Source of the DNA: an uncultured Chloroflexia bacterium
GTDB taxonomy: Bacteria; Chloroflexota; Chloroflexia; Thermomicrobiales; UBA6265
Assembly (NCBI GenBank): GCA_963751075.1
Contig: CAVVTE010000012.1
Location: 8,149-72,148, forward strand
Length of the DNA stretch: 64,000 bases
Direction of reading: 5' to 3'
In this document: positions 1 through 10,012 of the stretch, piece by piece
Layout of the letters: each line of letters starts with the position of its first letter
How positions within the stretch are numbered: position 1 is the first letter of the stretch
Translations under genes and position numbers: made by a program
The notes under the pieces: model-generated
Databases searched by the model: none
Seen by the model: the letters and a program-made list of their open reading frames with translations, nothing else
Told to the model about the DNA's origin: nothing

Positions 1-2554
1 GGCGCTGGTTCCGTCGTTGCGGGGCTGCCGCGACGTCGTCAGCCAGCCCGAGGGCGGGTTGCGGCGCCTGCTCCTCGATCGCCTCGCCCTCGCGCTGCAG
101 AATCTGGCCGCCGCCCAGGTCGCCCAGGTCGCCCAAGGGCACACGCATCTGTCGCGACCCGAGCTCACCTATGCCCAGACATCCCCGACCACCGAGGACG
201 GCGTCTACACGGTGGCATACGCGTACGAGCACGCCGAGGTCGGTCTCGCGGCCGGGACGCTCGCGGTTCGATTGCTCAACCACCTCCTGGCCAAGCGCGA
301 ACCCGACTTCGACTTCAGTCGCGAGCTGGAGGCGACGATCGTCCCGCTCGCTCAGCGCCACGCCGACGACTGGAACACCGGCAGCATCGTCGCTGCGGCA
401 GAGCGGCGCAGCATCCCGATCGAGCGCCTGGAAATGCGTCCCGCAATCATGACGCGCACGATCGTCGTGATGCAACTTGGTACCGGTTGCTATCAGCGGC
501 GTACGTGGGGGGCGTTCACCTCGAACGTCGCAATGCTCGCGTCCGCGATCGCCGACACCAAGAATCTCACCACTCGCCTGCTTCGGGAAGCCGGACTCCC
601 GGTTCCAGACGACGCCGTGGTCCAGGACGCCGATGAGGCAGCCAAAGCCGCCGCGGCCATTGGCTATCCGGTCGTCGTCAAGCCACCCGACGCCTCCCAC
701 ACCCGTGGCGTCACGATCGATGTCCGCGACGAGGCGGAAGTCCGAGCGGCCTTCGCGGTCGCGATACGCGAGACCCACCGGCGTCAGGTCGTCGTCGAGT
801 CCTTCATCCCTGGCAAGAACTATCGCATCACGGTCGTCAACAATCAGGTCGTCGCCGTCCGTGAGCGCCGTCCCGCCCAGGTCATCGGTGATGGCACCCA
901 CACCGTCACCGAGCTCATCGAGCTCACCAATGCCGATCCCCGGCGGGGCGTCGAGCCCGACAAGCCGCTGAAGCCCATCACCGTCGACGAGCAGACGATC
1001 GAAGTGCTGGGCAAGCAGGGGGTGACCCTCGACGATGTCCTGGAGGAGGGACGCGTCGTGCGCCTGAAGTGGTTCGACGGTCGAGCACTCGGTGGCACCT
1101 CCATCGACCGCACCGACGAGATCCACCCCGACAACGCCGCCATCGCCCGCCAGGCGGCCATGGTCATTGGCCTCGACGTCGCCGGGATCGACTTCATCAC
1201 CCCCGACATCGCGCACTCGGCCTACGAACGGGGTGGCGCCATCAACGAGGTCAACGCGCGTCCTAGCATAGGCCCACATGCCAATCCCACGGAAGGGACA
1301 CCGCGCGATGTGGGGATGGCCATCGTCGACATGCTCTTCCCGCCCGACCAGCCGGTGCGGGTGCCGATCGTGGCGGTGACCGGCACGAACGGTAAGACGA
1401 CGACCACCCGCCTCATCGCCCACATCCTGCAGACGGCCGGCAAGACGGTCGGCATGACCACCAGCGACGGCATGTACCTCGACGGGACCCGAGTTGCGGC
1501 GGGTGATCGGGCCGACGCGACAGCCGCCCGGACGGTGTTGCGCAACCCGACCATCGACTCTGCCGTGCTGGAGACGGCATGGAGCAGCATCCTGAATGAG
1601 GGGCTGGGCTTTGCCCCGTGTGATGTGGCCGTGGTCACCAATATCGCTGACGATCACGTGGGCCAAGGGGCGATCGGCACGGTGGCCGAGATGGCCAACC
1701 TCAAGGCGGCGGTGCTACGTGCCGTCGTGCCGGAAGGAGCCAGCGTCCTCAATGCTGACAACCCCTCCACGGTGGAGTTGGCGCAGGCCGCGGGTGGGGA
1801 GATCCTGTTCTTCTCGCTGGACGAACGCAACCCGGTCGTTCATGACCATGTTCAGCGGGGAGGCCGCGCGGTGGTGCTGGGCCAGAGCCCGGCAGGAGAG
1901 GTGCTGACGCTGCTAGCGGAAGGAGCGGCAACGGCGATCCTGCCGGCAGCCGAGATACCGGCCACGATGGAAGGGCGCATCCGGGTCAACATCGCCAACG
2001 CCCTGGCCGCCACGGCGGCGGCCATGGCCCAGGAGGTGCCCCTGGAGAAGATCCGGACGGCGCTGCGCTCGTTCGCGAATAGCGTGGCCCAGAGTCCCGG
2101 ACGCTTCAACCTTCTCGAGATCGACGGCCGCACAGTGCTCATCGACTACTGCCACAACCTCCACGGACTGGAAGCGATGGCGGACTTCATCAAGCGGATG
2201 GAAGCTCCGCACACCGTCGCCGCCATCTCCATGACCGGCGACCGCACCGATGCGCACATCACCGCCTTTGGCCGGCTGGCCGGCCAGATCTTCGATGAGC
2301 TCGTTATTCGGGATGCCGGCCCCGAACACATGTGCGGCCGCACGCCGGGGGAGGTGCCGACCCTGCTTCAGGCGGCGGCCATTGCTGCAGGACTCGCACC
2401 CGACAAGATCGGTCTGGCCCGCGGCAACGAGGAGGCCGCCGACATGGCGATGGCCAGAAGTCGGAGCGGCAGTTCGGTTGCACTGCTGGGGGGAGAGGAC
2501 CCGGCCGGGATGGCGAAGCACCTGACCCAACGGCACCACGAGGCCACCGTCTGA
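1..2554 (+). CDS. cphA: cyanophycin synthetase-like enzyme, paralog 1 (ATP-grasp + Mur-ligase domains); 5' end runs off the window
   Basis: ORF 17..2554 stays open back to base 2. It has an ATP-grasp block (GYPVVVKPPD, GGTSIDRTDEIHPDN), then the Mur-ligase P-loop VAVTGTNGKTTTTRLIAHIL and a C-terminal ligase domain. This is the CphA architecture. Confidence 0.8.
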   Translation, partial: ALVPSLRGCRDVVSQPEGGLRRLLLDRLALALQNLAAAQVAQVAQGHTHLSRPELTYAQTSPTTEDGVYTVAYAYEHAEVGLAAGTLAVRLLNHLLAKREPDFDFSRELEATIVPLAQRHADDWNTGSIVAAAERRSIPIERLEMRPAIMTRTIVVMQLGTGCYQRRTWGAFTSNVAMLASAIADTKNLTTRLLREAGLPVPDDAVVQDADEAAKAAAAIGYPVVVKPPDASHTRGVTIDVRDEAEVRAAFAVAIRETHRRQVVVESFIPGKNYRITVVNNQVVAVRERRPAQVIGDGTHTVTELIELTNADPRRGVEPDKPLKPITVDEQTIEVLGKQGVTLDDVLEEGRVVRLKWFDGRALGGTSIDRTDEIHPDNAAIARQAAMVIGLDVAGIDFITPDIAHSAYERGGAINEVNARPSIGPHANPTEGTPRDVGMAIVDMLFPPDQPVRVPIVAVTGTNGKTTTTRLIAHILQTAGKTVGMTTSDGMYLDGTRVAAGDRADATAARTVLRNPTIDSAVLETAWSSILNEGLGFAPCDVAVVTNIADDHVGQGAIGTVAEMANLKAAVLRAVVPEGASVLNADNPSTVELAQAAGGEILFFSLDERNPVVHDHVQRGGRAVVLGQSPAGEVLTLLAEGAATAILPAAEIPATMEGRIRVNIANALAATAAAMAQEVPLEKIRTALRSFANSVAQSPGRFNLLEIDGRTVLIDYCHNLHGLEAMADFIKRMEAPHTVAAISMTGDRTDAHITAFGRLAGQIFDELVIRDAGPEHMCGRTPGEVPTLLQAAAIAAGLAPDKIGLARGNEEAADMAMARSRSGSSVALLGGEDPAGMAKHLTQRHHEATV

Positions 2555-3069
2555 TCGTCGCCTGAAGGAGAGCCGGGTGCGGACGCGCACCCCGTAGCCG
2601 CAACGGTGCCCAGGGGAATCAGCCACCTCACGGCAGCTCCCGGTGAGGTAGTGGGAATGGGCCGGAGTTCCTGCCTACCCTCCCGCCTGGCGCTGACGAG
2701 CAGGCCCCAAAATGCCATATCACGCACCACTGGGGCGCCTCGATACCGGCCGCTGCAAGGATCCGCTGGCGATCCCCAGCGGTGCTGACCCGCTCCCGCG
2801 CCGGGGTGTCTGGCGGACGAGCTTGCGGTCGATGCACGGTGCGGTGGCGCGGTCATGCGCGTCGTCTCGGTGCTCAGCAGCTTCTCGGCGGTGTCGGGAG
2901 CACTCGGGGTCCGGGCGACCAGCGGCCGATGCGAGTTGTCATGCGCCGGGGAATCGGGCGCCGCCGGGGCCCGGATGGGTGACCCGGGATGAGGGCACAA
3001 CCCCGGGGGTCGAGACTCGGTACGGTCTGACCCTCCCCCATCCGGTCGCTCCCGCAATCCGCACCACCG

Positions 3070-3103
3070 ACACGGGGTCTGGCCGTGTGGCCAGACCCCG
3101 TGT
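3070..3103. terminator. perfect 15-bp hairpin (ACACGGGGTCTGGCC / GGCCAGACCCCGTGT, 4-nt loop) 34 nt past the stop of Cys-rich gene 1; no U-tract
   Basis: Inverted repeat read directly from the sequence; lies between convergent genes. Confidence 0.4.
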
Positions 3104-3136
3104 GCGGTCACCCAGGTGGGCGGTTCGCCGGTGCTC

Positions 3137-4029
3137 CTAGCCGCAGCAAGAGCCCTCAGGAACGCAACACCGACCGGTGCACTCCCACCCCCCGCCGGAC
3201 CAGTCGCCCTCGGGCAGACCGTCACAATCCGCGTCGCCCTCGCAGCAGCCTCCGGCAAAGTTGCCCGAGTTGTCCTCGAGCTCGCACGATGGGCAGCAGC
3301 CACCGTTATTGTCCGTCTCGGCTTCCGAGCAGCAGAAGTCCCTGAAGATGACATCGAGGTTATGATTGTGCAGCAGCCGCAATTGGTGCACAGGTCCCGG
3401 TCGCAGAGGCCGTTACTGTCCCACGGACAGCAGGTGAAGTCCGGGTCATCGCCGATGCAGTAAGTCTGCTCGAAGGCCTGCTCGTCGGTGTCCGCCGCGC
3501 CCGCGCAACACTGGGAGCCACCCGCGCAGGCCCCGGTGCCACCCACCGCCGAACAGCAGGTGGTGCCAGCGGCCCAGCACGAGAGGGCTTCGCCGCCGAA
3601 CCCGCCGCAGCAGACCGGGGCGCTATTCGGACAGCAGCCTGCGCCACAGGCGGTCTGGCCCGCTTGACATTGCGCCGGCGGCAACGGCGTCACACCAGCC
3701 GGCGGTACCACCGGCGCAGTCGCCGCACAGCCACTGACGCCACTCTGGCAGCGGCCCTTGTAGGCACAGGGGTTGCGCCGCAGCGTCTTCTTGGCCTTCT
3801 TCTTCTCTTTCTTCTGGGTCTTACAGGTGGACGGGTTCGAGCTCGCACAGTTGCAGATGCGGATCTCTTTCTCGTCCTTGTTGTTCTTCTTGGCGCCGGT
3901 CTCGCGGGTCAGGCCCACGCCCGTGGCGCCGGCGAGGGCGCCGGCGACGAGACCGCGTAGAGCCGCGAGGCGGGTGAGGCGGGTCGTGCCAAGGCGTTTG
4001 ACGAGATGATCGAACTGGGATCCTTCCAT
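3137..4029 (-). pseudogene. leader + Lys-rich linker + Cys-rich secreted protein, family member 1; apparent 1-nt frameshift near 3360
   Basis: N-terminus is MEGSQFDHLVKRLGTTRLTRLAALRGLVAGALAGATG...RICNCASSNPSTCKTQKKEKKKAKKTLRRNPCAYKGRCQ. After ...CTNCGCC the protein-like Cys-rich frame switches to ORF 3137..3391 (NLDVIFRDFCCSEAE...CCVPEGSCCG*). The rest of ORF 2368..4029 is Ala/Arg/Pro read-through that overlaps cphA. Confidence 0.7.
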
Positions 4030-4172
4030 GGCTGGTCCATCCTTTGTCGCTGACTGATCACGAGAGACCCTCCATGGGCTCCCGGAGCCGCCACGTCACT
4101 GTGGTCTGGCAATGCAGCAGTCCTCCACCTCCCCTCGTCCCCAGGCGCTCGCGACGCACTACACCACTAGAT

Positions 4173-4203
4173 ACTACACCCGAAGGACGAGATCGGATGC
4201 ATC
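4173..4203 (-). promoter_or_regulatory. bipartite upstream motif copy 1 (plus strand ACTACACC-N14-GGATGCATC)
   Basis: ACTACACC at 4173-4180 and GGATGCATC at 4195-4203, spacer exactly 14 nt, 144 nt upstream of the start at 4029. A second ACTACACC lies at 4158-4165. Confidence 0.6.
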
Positions 4204-4567
4204 GGACGGAGCGATGGACCCGAAGCCTCCGACGTCCCTGTTTGGCGAATGAGCCCAAGCGTTTCGGCGCTGACCATGACGACAGGTCATGCCAAAAAGG
4301 ATAAATTGTGCTACGGAGTCCACCATACGCCATGAGGGCCGGTTCGTCTAGAGCCTGTTATGACCTTTTCTGACGGTTTATTCGCTCAGAGACCGTTTCA
4401 TCAAAGGATGGTTCTCCTTTGTGCCGTATCCGCTCGTTCCCCTTGAAGGGTCTCGGGACTCATGATCGGCAGGGGCCTCGCGGTGCGGCGCATTGTGTGC
4501 CGCGTGCCTTCCAATCATCTGTGTCCTCGCTCAAAGTGCATAACACGCTCTAGCCGGAAAGACCGAG

Positions 4568-4834
4568 GGCATCAGCCCCGTTACGCCGGGTGTGCGGTAA
4601 GGAGAAATCTTTCCTCTGCGTGGCACATGACCCCGGTTGGTCACCGTGCGAGGTGCCCTTTCTTTCGACCGTGGGCGAGCCGGTTGGCCGTCTGGAGGGA
4701 ACTCGGGTCTCTCGCAAGGAGCGAGAAAGGACGGTAGGGGTGTGTGCGAGCACTTCGCCCGAAATCCCTTGGCCCGACCCCTCCCAGCGCCGCCGCATCG
4801 CCTACGGGCCGCCTGCAAGTAGCGCGGGACGTGA
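4568..4834. ncRNA. conserved non-coding block, copy 1 (candidate structured RNA or other cis element; strand unresolved)
   Basis: About 85 percent identical by eye to 10013-10287. Indels between the copies break every reading frame. The adjacent C-terminal coding sequence of the flanking paralogs is less conserved than this block. Confidence 0.3.
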
Positions 4835-4865
4835 AGAGGCCGGCGCTCCTCAGGCGCCGGCCTCT
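4835..4865. terminator. 12-bp GC hairpin (AGAGGCCGGCGC / GCGCCGGCCTCT) 59 nt downstream of the Cys-rich gene 2 stop
   Basis: Inverted repeat with loop TCCTCAG, followed on the plus strand by GTTTAGG. Copy 2 carries an A at 10295, which gives A.C on plus-strand RNA but G.U on minus-strand RNA. Confidence 0.5.
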
Positions 4866-4923
4866 GTTTAGGATGCAATCCGCTCTGGTCTTCGCTGGCC
4901 GGTGGCCTTAGCTCGCCAGAGGG

Positions 4924-5852
4924 CTAGTCCCTGAGGATGCAGACGCCGTTCACGCACACCGCGACATTCGGGTTGTAGAACTCGTCGCAGTCCTTCTGGC
5001 CTTCTGCGCGACAATCGGCAAGACACGACCCGAGCACACAGACGGTCGGGAAATTGCCCCCGAAGTCCGGGCAGTCGTTGTCGTTGTTGCATTGCCCGTT
5101 GTACTGCTCGTCATCGAAGATGCATACATCGTCCGGCGCCTGGGGATTGTCGGTGCCGTCCTCGTTGCAGACCAGCGGCTCGAGGTCGGGGTTATTGGTG
5201 GACAGGAGCTGTGCGCAGTCGACGTTCTCATCGCAGGCGACGAAGCCAAGGCAGCGGCCGTTGAGGTTACAGATGCCGCCACCGCACTGCTCGAAGCTGG
5301 TGCAGTTGACGCACTGGCCCGTGGCCGTGTTGCAGACCAGACCCGCGTTGTCGCCAACGCAGCCAGCGTTGTTGCAGTTGAACCCTGGCGGTGGTGGTTG
5401 CGGCGCCACACACTGACCCGTGGTGATGTTACAGACGTTCGGCGCATCGCACTGCGCGTTGGTGGTGCAGTTCACGCACTGACCGCTGATGCAGACCCGC
5501 GGGGCGCATTGCGAGTTATTCGTGCACCCGATGGGAGCAGGCGTCGCACAGCCACTCACGCCACTCTGGCAGCGACCCTTGTAGGCGCAGGGATTGCGCC
5601 GCAGGGTGTTCTTGGCCTTCTTCTTGTCTTTCTTCTTGGAGCGGCAGGTGTTGGGATCGAGCTGCTACAGATACAGATCCGCCGCTCCTTGTCGTTGTTG
5701 TTGTTGTTCTTCTTGGCGCCGGCCTCGTGGGTGAGGCTCATGCCTGTGGCACCGGCGACTGCACCGGCCACCAATCCCCGCAGAGCCGTCAGACGGCTGA
5801 CGCGGGTGGTGCCGAGTCGCTTGACCAATTGATCGAACTGGGTACCGTCTAT
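4924..5852 (-). pseudogene. Cys-rich secreted protein family member 2; start position is ATA and there is a 1-nt frameshift near 5650
   Basis: Reverse strand reads ATA GAC GGT ACC CAG TTC GAT CAA TTG GTC AAG (IDGTQFDQLVK), aligning with MDGTQFDQLIK of member 3. N-terminal frame is ORF 5556..5828 (...ERRICICSSS). C-terminal frame is ORF 4924..5559 and back-translates to ...DPNTCRSKKKDKKKAKNTLRRNPCAYKGRCQSGVSGC. Confidence 0.7.
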
Positions 5853-6049
5853 GCTGTTGTCTGTCCTTCTTCACTACCTGATCGCGCGGGGCTGCCGCCA
5901 CCGGCTCCCTCGTCCGCTGCTACCCGGTGCACTTGGTCCGTCTTGCCACTACCCCTGCACCCACTCTATCCCGGCGTAAGAGACCGCGGCGGTCAGGAAT
6001 CGGCCCTCTTCATCGACCGCGACCGTCCGGACACTCTTTGTCACTTGAT

Positions 6050-6080
6050 ACTACACCCGACTGACGAAATTGGATGCATC
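6050..6080 (-). promoter_or_regulatory. bipartite upstream motif copy 2
   Basis: ACTACACC at 6050-6057 and GGATGCATC at 6072-6080, spacer 14 nt, 198 nt upstream of codon 1 of member 2. Confidence 0.6.
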
Positions 6081-6671
6081 AGATGGATCGAGGGATTCTA
6101 CGCCCCCGACCTCCCTCTGTGGCGATTGAGACCCGGACGTCTTCGACTCCGCCCCGTCGTGGAGTTCACGTATTGGGGGCATCGTTCGGGGTGGCTACCC
6201 CCGTGATCCGCGCGGAGATCCTATCGATCCCGAGGCCGCAGCACTCAACACCATCACGAGCGGGTCGATCCCTTCGCCCGCTTCCACGTTGTGCTCGAAC
6301 CCCTGAGACCACGCGAGCCGGTCATGATGCGCCCCACCCTGGAGACAGATCCAGCGACGGCCTTCTCCGCAACAGGCCATACCCCTGCCCTCAATACCGC
6401 GGAGTTGAGTCGCTGCCAGATTGGGCCCATTTTCGGTATCGGGGGGGACGTCGATGACAGGGCGCCAGATATCCTCGGACGAGCGCCGTCAGCGGGCGCG
6501 CCTATCTGCTACTGTGACACGCATGATCTTGCTCCCGCCGTCGCCACGGTTGCGCGTCGCCGGCACCGCAACTGTCGTGCCCGAGGCATTCTTGCAGTGC
6601 CAGCCGGCCTCGGGGTCACGCCTCGCCACCACGTGACGCCCACCGGGCGCGGGCGATGAGCATTGCCTAAG

Positions 6672-6821
6672 ATGAAAGGCATGCTCATCATCCGCGGCAT
6701 CAGAGTCTTGCGGGGCCCGAGCATCCTGGCGCCGGTGCTAGGCCTCCTGCCGTTGGGGCAGACCCCACATGCTATACGCTTCCGGCGGATGGTGGTCCTT
6801 GGAGGAGGCCGGCTGTGCTGA
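6672..6821 (+). CDS. 49-codon upstream ORF whose N-terminus mimics the CphA N-terminus; its stop overlaps the cphA paralog 2 start (GTGCTGA)
   Basis: ATG at 6672 gives MKGMLIIRGIRVLRGPSILAPVL..., compared with MLTIRYTQVLRGPNIWVPVP for cphA2. TGA at 6819-6821 overlaps the GTG at 6815-6817. Expression is untested. Confidence 0.35.
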   Translation: MKGMLIIRGIRVLRGPSILAPVLGLLPLGQTPHAIRFRRMVVLGGGRLC

Positions 6822-9380
6822 CGATCCGCTACACCCAGGTATTGCGGGGACCGAACATCTGGGTTCCGGTGCCGGTCATCGCCTTGACGGTAGCCATCGA
6901 GGAGCTGGAGGAGCGGCTGGAGCGGGAGACCCCCGTCTTCTTCGATCGCCTGGTCGTCTCTCCCGTCGCTGGAGACGCACCGGGAGACGGTCGGTCGGCT
7001 GGAGCTGGGCTTTACCCGCCTGCTGCTTGGCCCGATCGCCCTCGCTTTGCAACAGCAAGCCGGGAGCGTGGTCCAGTATTCCGAGACGCACCCGATGCCG
7101 CGCCAGGGGACCTACACCGTCGTCTACGACTACCAGCACCCGTTGGTGGGGAGGGGCGCTGGCAAGCTGGCCGTCCGGCTCCTTAACCATCTGCTCTACG
7201 GAAATGAGCCCGCTTTCAACTTTACCCGTGAGGTGGAAGAGAAGATCATCCGACCGACCGAGCACCACGCGCTTGGCCCATTCCTCGACACGATCACGGC
7301 GGCGGCCCGGCGCCGCGGCATCCCGGTCCTGGAGATCAGCACGAGACCGCCGCTCCTGCAGCTGGGCACCGGCGCCTACCAGCGCCACCTCGAGGGGTCA
7401 GTCCCCGCCGAGACCGGCACCGCTACGAGCATTGCCGGGAACACGAAACCCACCCGCCTGCTGGGCGGGGCGGGGATGCCGGTGTCCTCCGAAATCGTGG
7501 TACACGACGTCGACAGCGCTGTCCAGGCCGCCAGGCGCCTCGGCTATCCAGTCGTCCTGGAGCTACACCATGACCGCCGGAACCACGGCCCTGGCTGCGC
7601 CCTGGATGGCGATGCCCAGGTTCGGGCGGCCTTCTCGGGTATCATGCGATTGGCACTCTCCCGACAGGTCGTCGTCAAGCGCGCCGCCCCCGGCACGCTC
7701 TACCGCATCCTAGTGGTGGGCGACCAGGTGGTGGCGGTGGCCGAACAGGGACCGACTCCTGACCTTGGAGACGGCGCGCCCATCGGGGTCCACGACGTCA
7801 ATGACCGCGACGATCCGGAGTCGCCGGCAGTCGTGACGGCGCCAGATCCCTCCCGGGAGTCCATCGCGGACGATAGCCCGGTCATCCTTCGGGCAGCCAC
7901 CGGCCACCGTAATAGCGGCGGGATCGCGATCGACCGCACCACCGACATTCACCCGGACACCATCACCGTCGCGCGGCATGCGGCATGCCTGCTGGGACTT
8001 GAGGTGGCCGGAATAGACATTGTCACCGCCGACATCTCGCAGTCCATGCTGACGGGGGGTGGCAGTATCGTCGCCGTCGATCCCGCGCCGGACCTGCGCC
8101 TGCACACCCACCCGAGTGAGGGAACGCCGCGCGACGTCGGGATGGTCATCGTCGATCACCTCTTCCCGCCCGGCCAGCCGATGCGGGTGCCGATCGTGGC
8201 CATTACCGGCACAAACGGCAAGACCACCACCACCCGCCTCATCGCCCACATCATGACTACGGCCGGCAGGCGGGTCGGCATGACCACCAGCAACGGTCTG
8301 GACATCGCCGGCCTGCCGCTCGCCATCGGGGATCAGGCGGGGGCCGGCGGCGCCGGGAAAGTGTTGCGCCACCCGGCGGTTGACTATGCCGTGCTGGAGA
8401 TCACCCACGGCCACATCCTGCGCCCAGGGCTCGCCTTCGACCGCTGTGACGTGGCGGTGGTCACCAATGTGGGTAACGATCACGTCGGCACGATCGGCAT
8501 CACGACGATCGAGGACCTGGCCCGGGTCAAGGCGGTGGTGCCGCGTGCCGTCGTCCCCGAAGGGGCGAGCGTCCTCAATGCCGACGACCCCTTGACCGTC
8601 GCGATGGCCGAGGCGGCGGGCGGGGAGATTCTCTACTTCTCGCTGGATGAGGACAACCCGGTCGTTCATGATCATGTTCAGCGGGGAGGCCGTGCGGTGG
8701 TACTGCGGCCAAGCCCGACCGGGGAGATGCTGACACTGCTGGCGGATGGGGAGGCGACGGCGATCCTCCTGGCCGCCGAGATCCCGGCCACGATGGAGGG
8801 GCGCATCCGGGTCAACATCGCCAACGCCCTGGCCGCCACCGCAGCAACCATCGCGCAAGACGTGCCAGTGGAGACGATCCGGGTAGCGCTGCGGACCTTC
8901 GCCAATAGCGTCGCCCAGTCCCCCGGGCGCTTCAACGTCCTCGAGATCGACGGCCGCACCGTGCTCGTCGACTACTGCCACAACCTCCATGGCTTAGAGG
9001 CGATGGCTGATTTCGTCAAGCGTATGGAGCCCCCCCACACCGTGGCCGCCATCTACATGCCAGCCGACCGCCCCGATGAACACATCACCGCCTTCGGCCA
9101 GCTGGCAGCTCAGGTCTTCGATGAGCTCGTCATTCGGGATGCTCACCCGGAGTACCAGCGCGGCCGCACGCCGGGGGAGGTGCCGGCGCTGCTCGAGGCC
9201 GCCGCCATCGCAGGAGGACTCGCACCTGACAAGATCAGTCTGGTCCACGACAAACTGGAGGCGGTCGACTTGGCGATGGCCAAAAGTGGTCGCGGCAGTT
9301 TGATTGTGCTGCTGGGAGCAGACGATCCGGCCGCGATCTGGAATCACCTGACGCAACGGCACCACGAGGCCACCGTCTGA
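6815..9380 (+). pseudogene. cphA: cyanophycin synthetase-like enzyme, paralog 2; apparent frameshift near 6955 and a degenerate ATP-grasp region
   Basis: GGAGGAGG lies 6 nt before GTG 6815. N-terminus MLTIRYTQVLRGPNIW...PVFFDRLVV is in frame 2, then SLPSLETHRETVG... continues in the frame of ORF 7047..9380. Mur-ligase P-loop is VAITGTNGKTTTTRLIAHIM. The last ~330 aa are very similar to paralog 1. Confidence 0.75.
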
Positions 9381-9595
9381 TCATCGCCTGAAGCGGGCGG
9401 TCGCGAACCTGAACGGCGGATTTGCCGGCGGATCGGAGCAGCTCTTGTGTGCGGCGGCAGGTTCCAATGAGGCGGCGGCGCCGGGGCGGTGGCGGTCGTC
9501 CGTCTCCTCCGTACGTCTCGAGCGACCTGGTCGAAGGAGAACTCGCGATACGGGAAATCCCTACGTTTGCAGGAGCCTCCACTGTTCACACAGCC

Positions 9596-9916
9596 ATTTC
9601 ACGGGCCAAGGCACGTTATTCACACGTCTCCGCACCGGCCAACCGATACCTCCGCAGTGTCTGGCCGGGGTTCAATCCCGCCTTTCACGGGTTCGGGGGA
9701 GAAGAAGGCTACATCCATGAGAAGTTCCGGCAAGCGGGCGGATGGTCCCTGTGTCTGCCCTGGTTACGCTGGGTCCATCGCTTCAACCGCCCCTCCGGCG
9801 TTCCCTACCCCCTCTACATCGAAGACAAGCTGCGGAACTACATCTTGCGGAACTACATCTTCGGGTTCACCGAGCTCCGACTCGACCCCACCCCAGCACT
9901 GAAGCACTTCGCGTAG
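9596..9916 (+). pseudogene. C-terminal fragment of a glycosyltransferase-like gene (GFGGEEG motif), no credible N-terminus
   Basis: ORF 9422..9916 ends FNPAFHGFGGEEGYIHEKFRQAGGWSLCLPWLRWVHRF..., resembling the WGWGGEDxE region of GT-A galactosyltransferase-type enzymes. Contains a 15-nt in-frame tandem duplication (LRNYI x2). Confidence 0.3.
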
Positions 9917-10012
9917 CACTTCCCGCCAGCGACGATTGCGGCGGTGGCGCGAGAGGCGCTGGAAAGTGGCATCAGCGCTCCTCCGGAATCAGCGTTGGCC
10001 GGAGTCCCCGCG

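Noticed and set aside
2368-3136. 3' two-thirds of the 553-aa ORF 2368..4029, which overlaps the end of cphA paralog 1
   Set aside because: After ...CTNCGCC the translation becomes Ala/Arg/Pro/Ser-rich with no Cys pattern. The Cys-rich, acidic continuation sits in another frame and stops at 3137. Long stop-free stretches are expected by chance in GC-rich DNA.
3900-4029. Calling the family leaders classical Tat signals
   Set aside because: Four of the five leaders have TR(L/V)(S/T)RL rather than a twin arginine. Only the island copy has TRRGLL. The export route is therefore left open.
4173-4203. Reading the bipartite motif as an ordinary sigma-70 promoter
   Set aside because: TAGTAT could serve as a -10. 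However, the best-placed -35 candidates (GCATCC at 18 nt, TGCATC at 19 nt) match TTGACA at only one position. It is kept only as a regulatory motif of unknown type.
4690-4740. Glycine-riboswitch-like words (CTGGAGAG/CTGGAGGG, CAAGGAG, AAAGGA) in the conserved block
   Set aside because: Only short word matches are present. The ACCGAAGGGGCAA core and the paired-aptamer layout are absent, and there is no glycine-related gene downstream.
4590-4871. Protein-coding interpretation of the conserved block (ORFs 4590..4871 and 10035..10325, or minus-strand ORFs 4531..4878 and 10086..10271)
   Set aside because: The two copies keep nucleotide similarity across indels that are not multiples of three. No single frame is therefore conserved along the block.
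7710-8990. Large antisense ORFs opposite well-supported genes, e.g. 7710..8990 (-), 23952..25034 (-), 28026..29129 (+), 35087..36139 (-), 39731..40777 (-), 42034..43065 (-), 12874..13659 (+) and 19645..19992 (-)
   Set aside because: These are shadow ORFs of GC-rich coding regions. Their translations are Arg/Pro/Gly/His-rich with no recognisable motifs, and each fully overlaps a gene with clear family signatures on the other strand.
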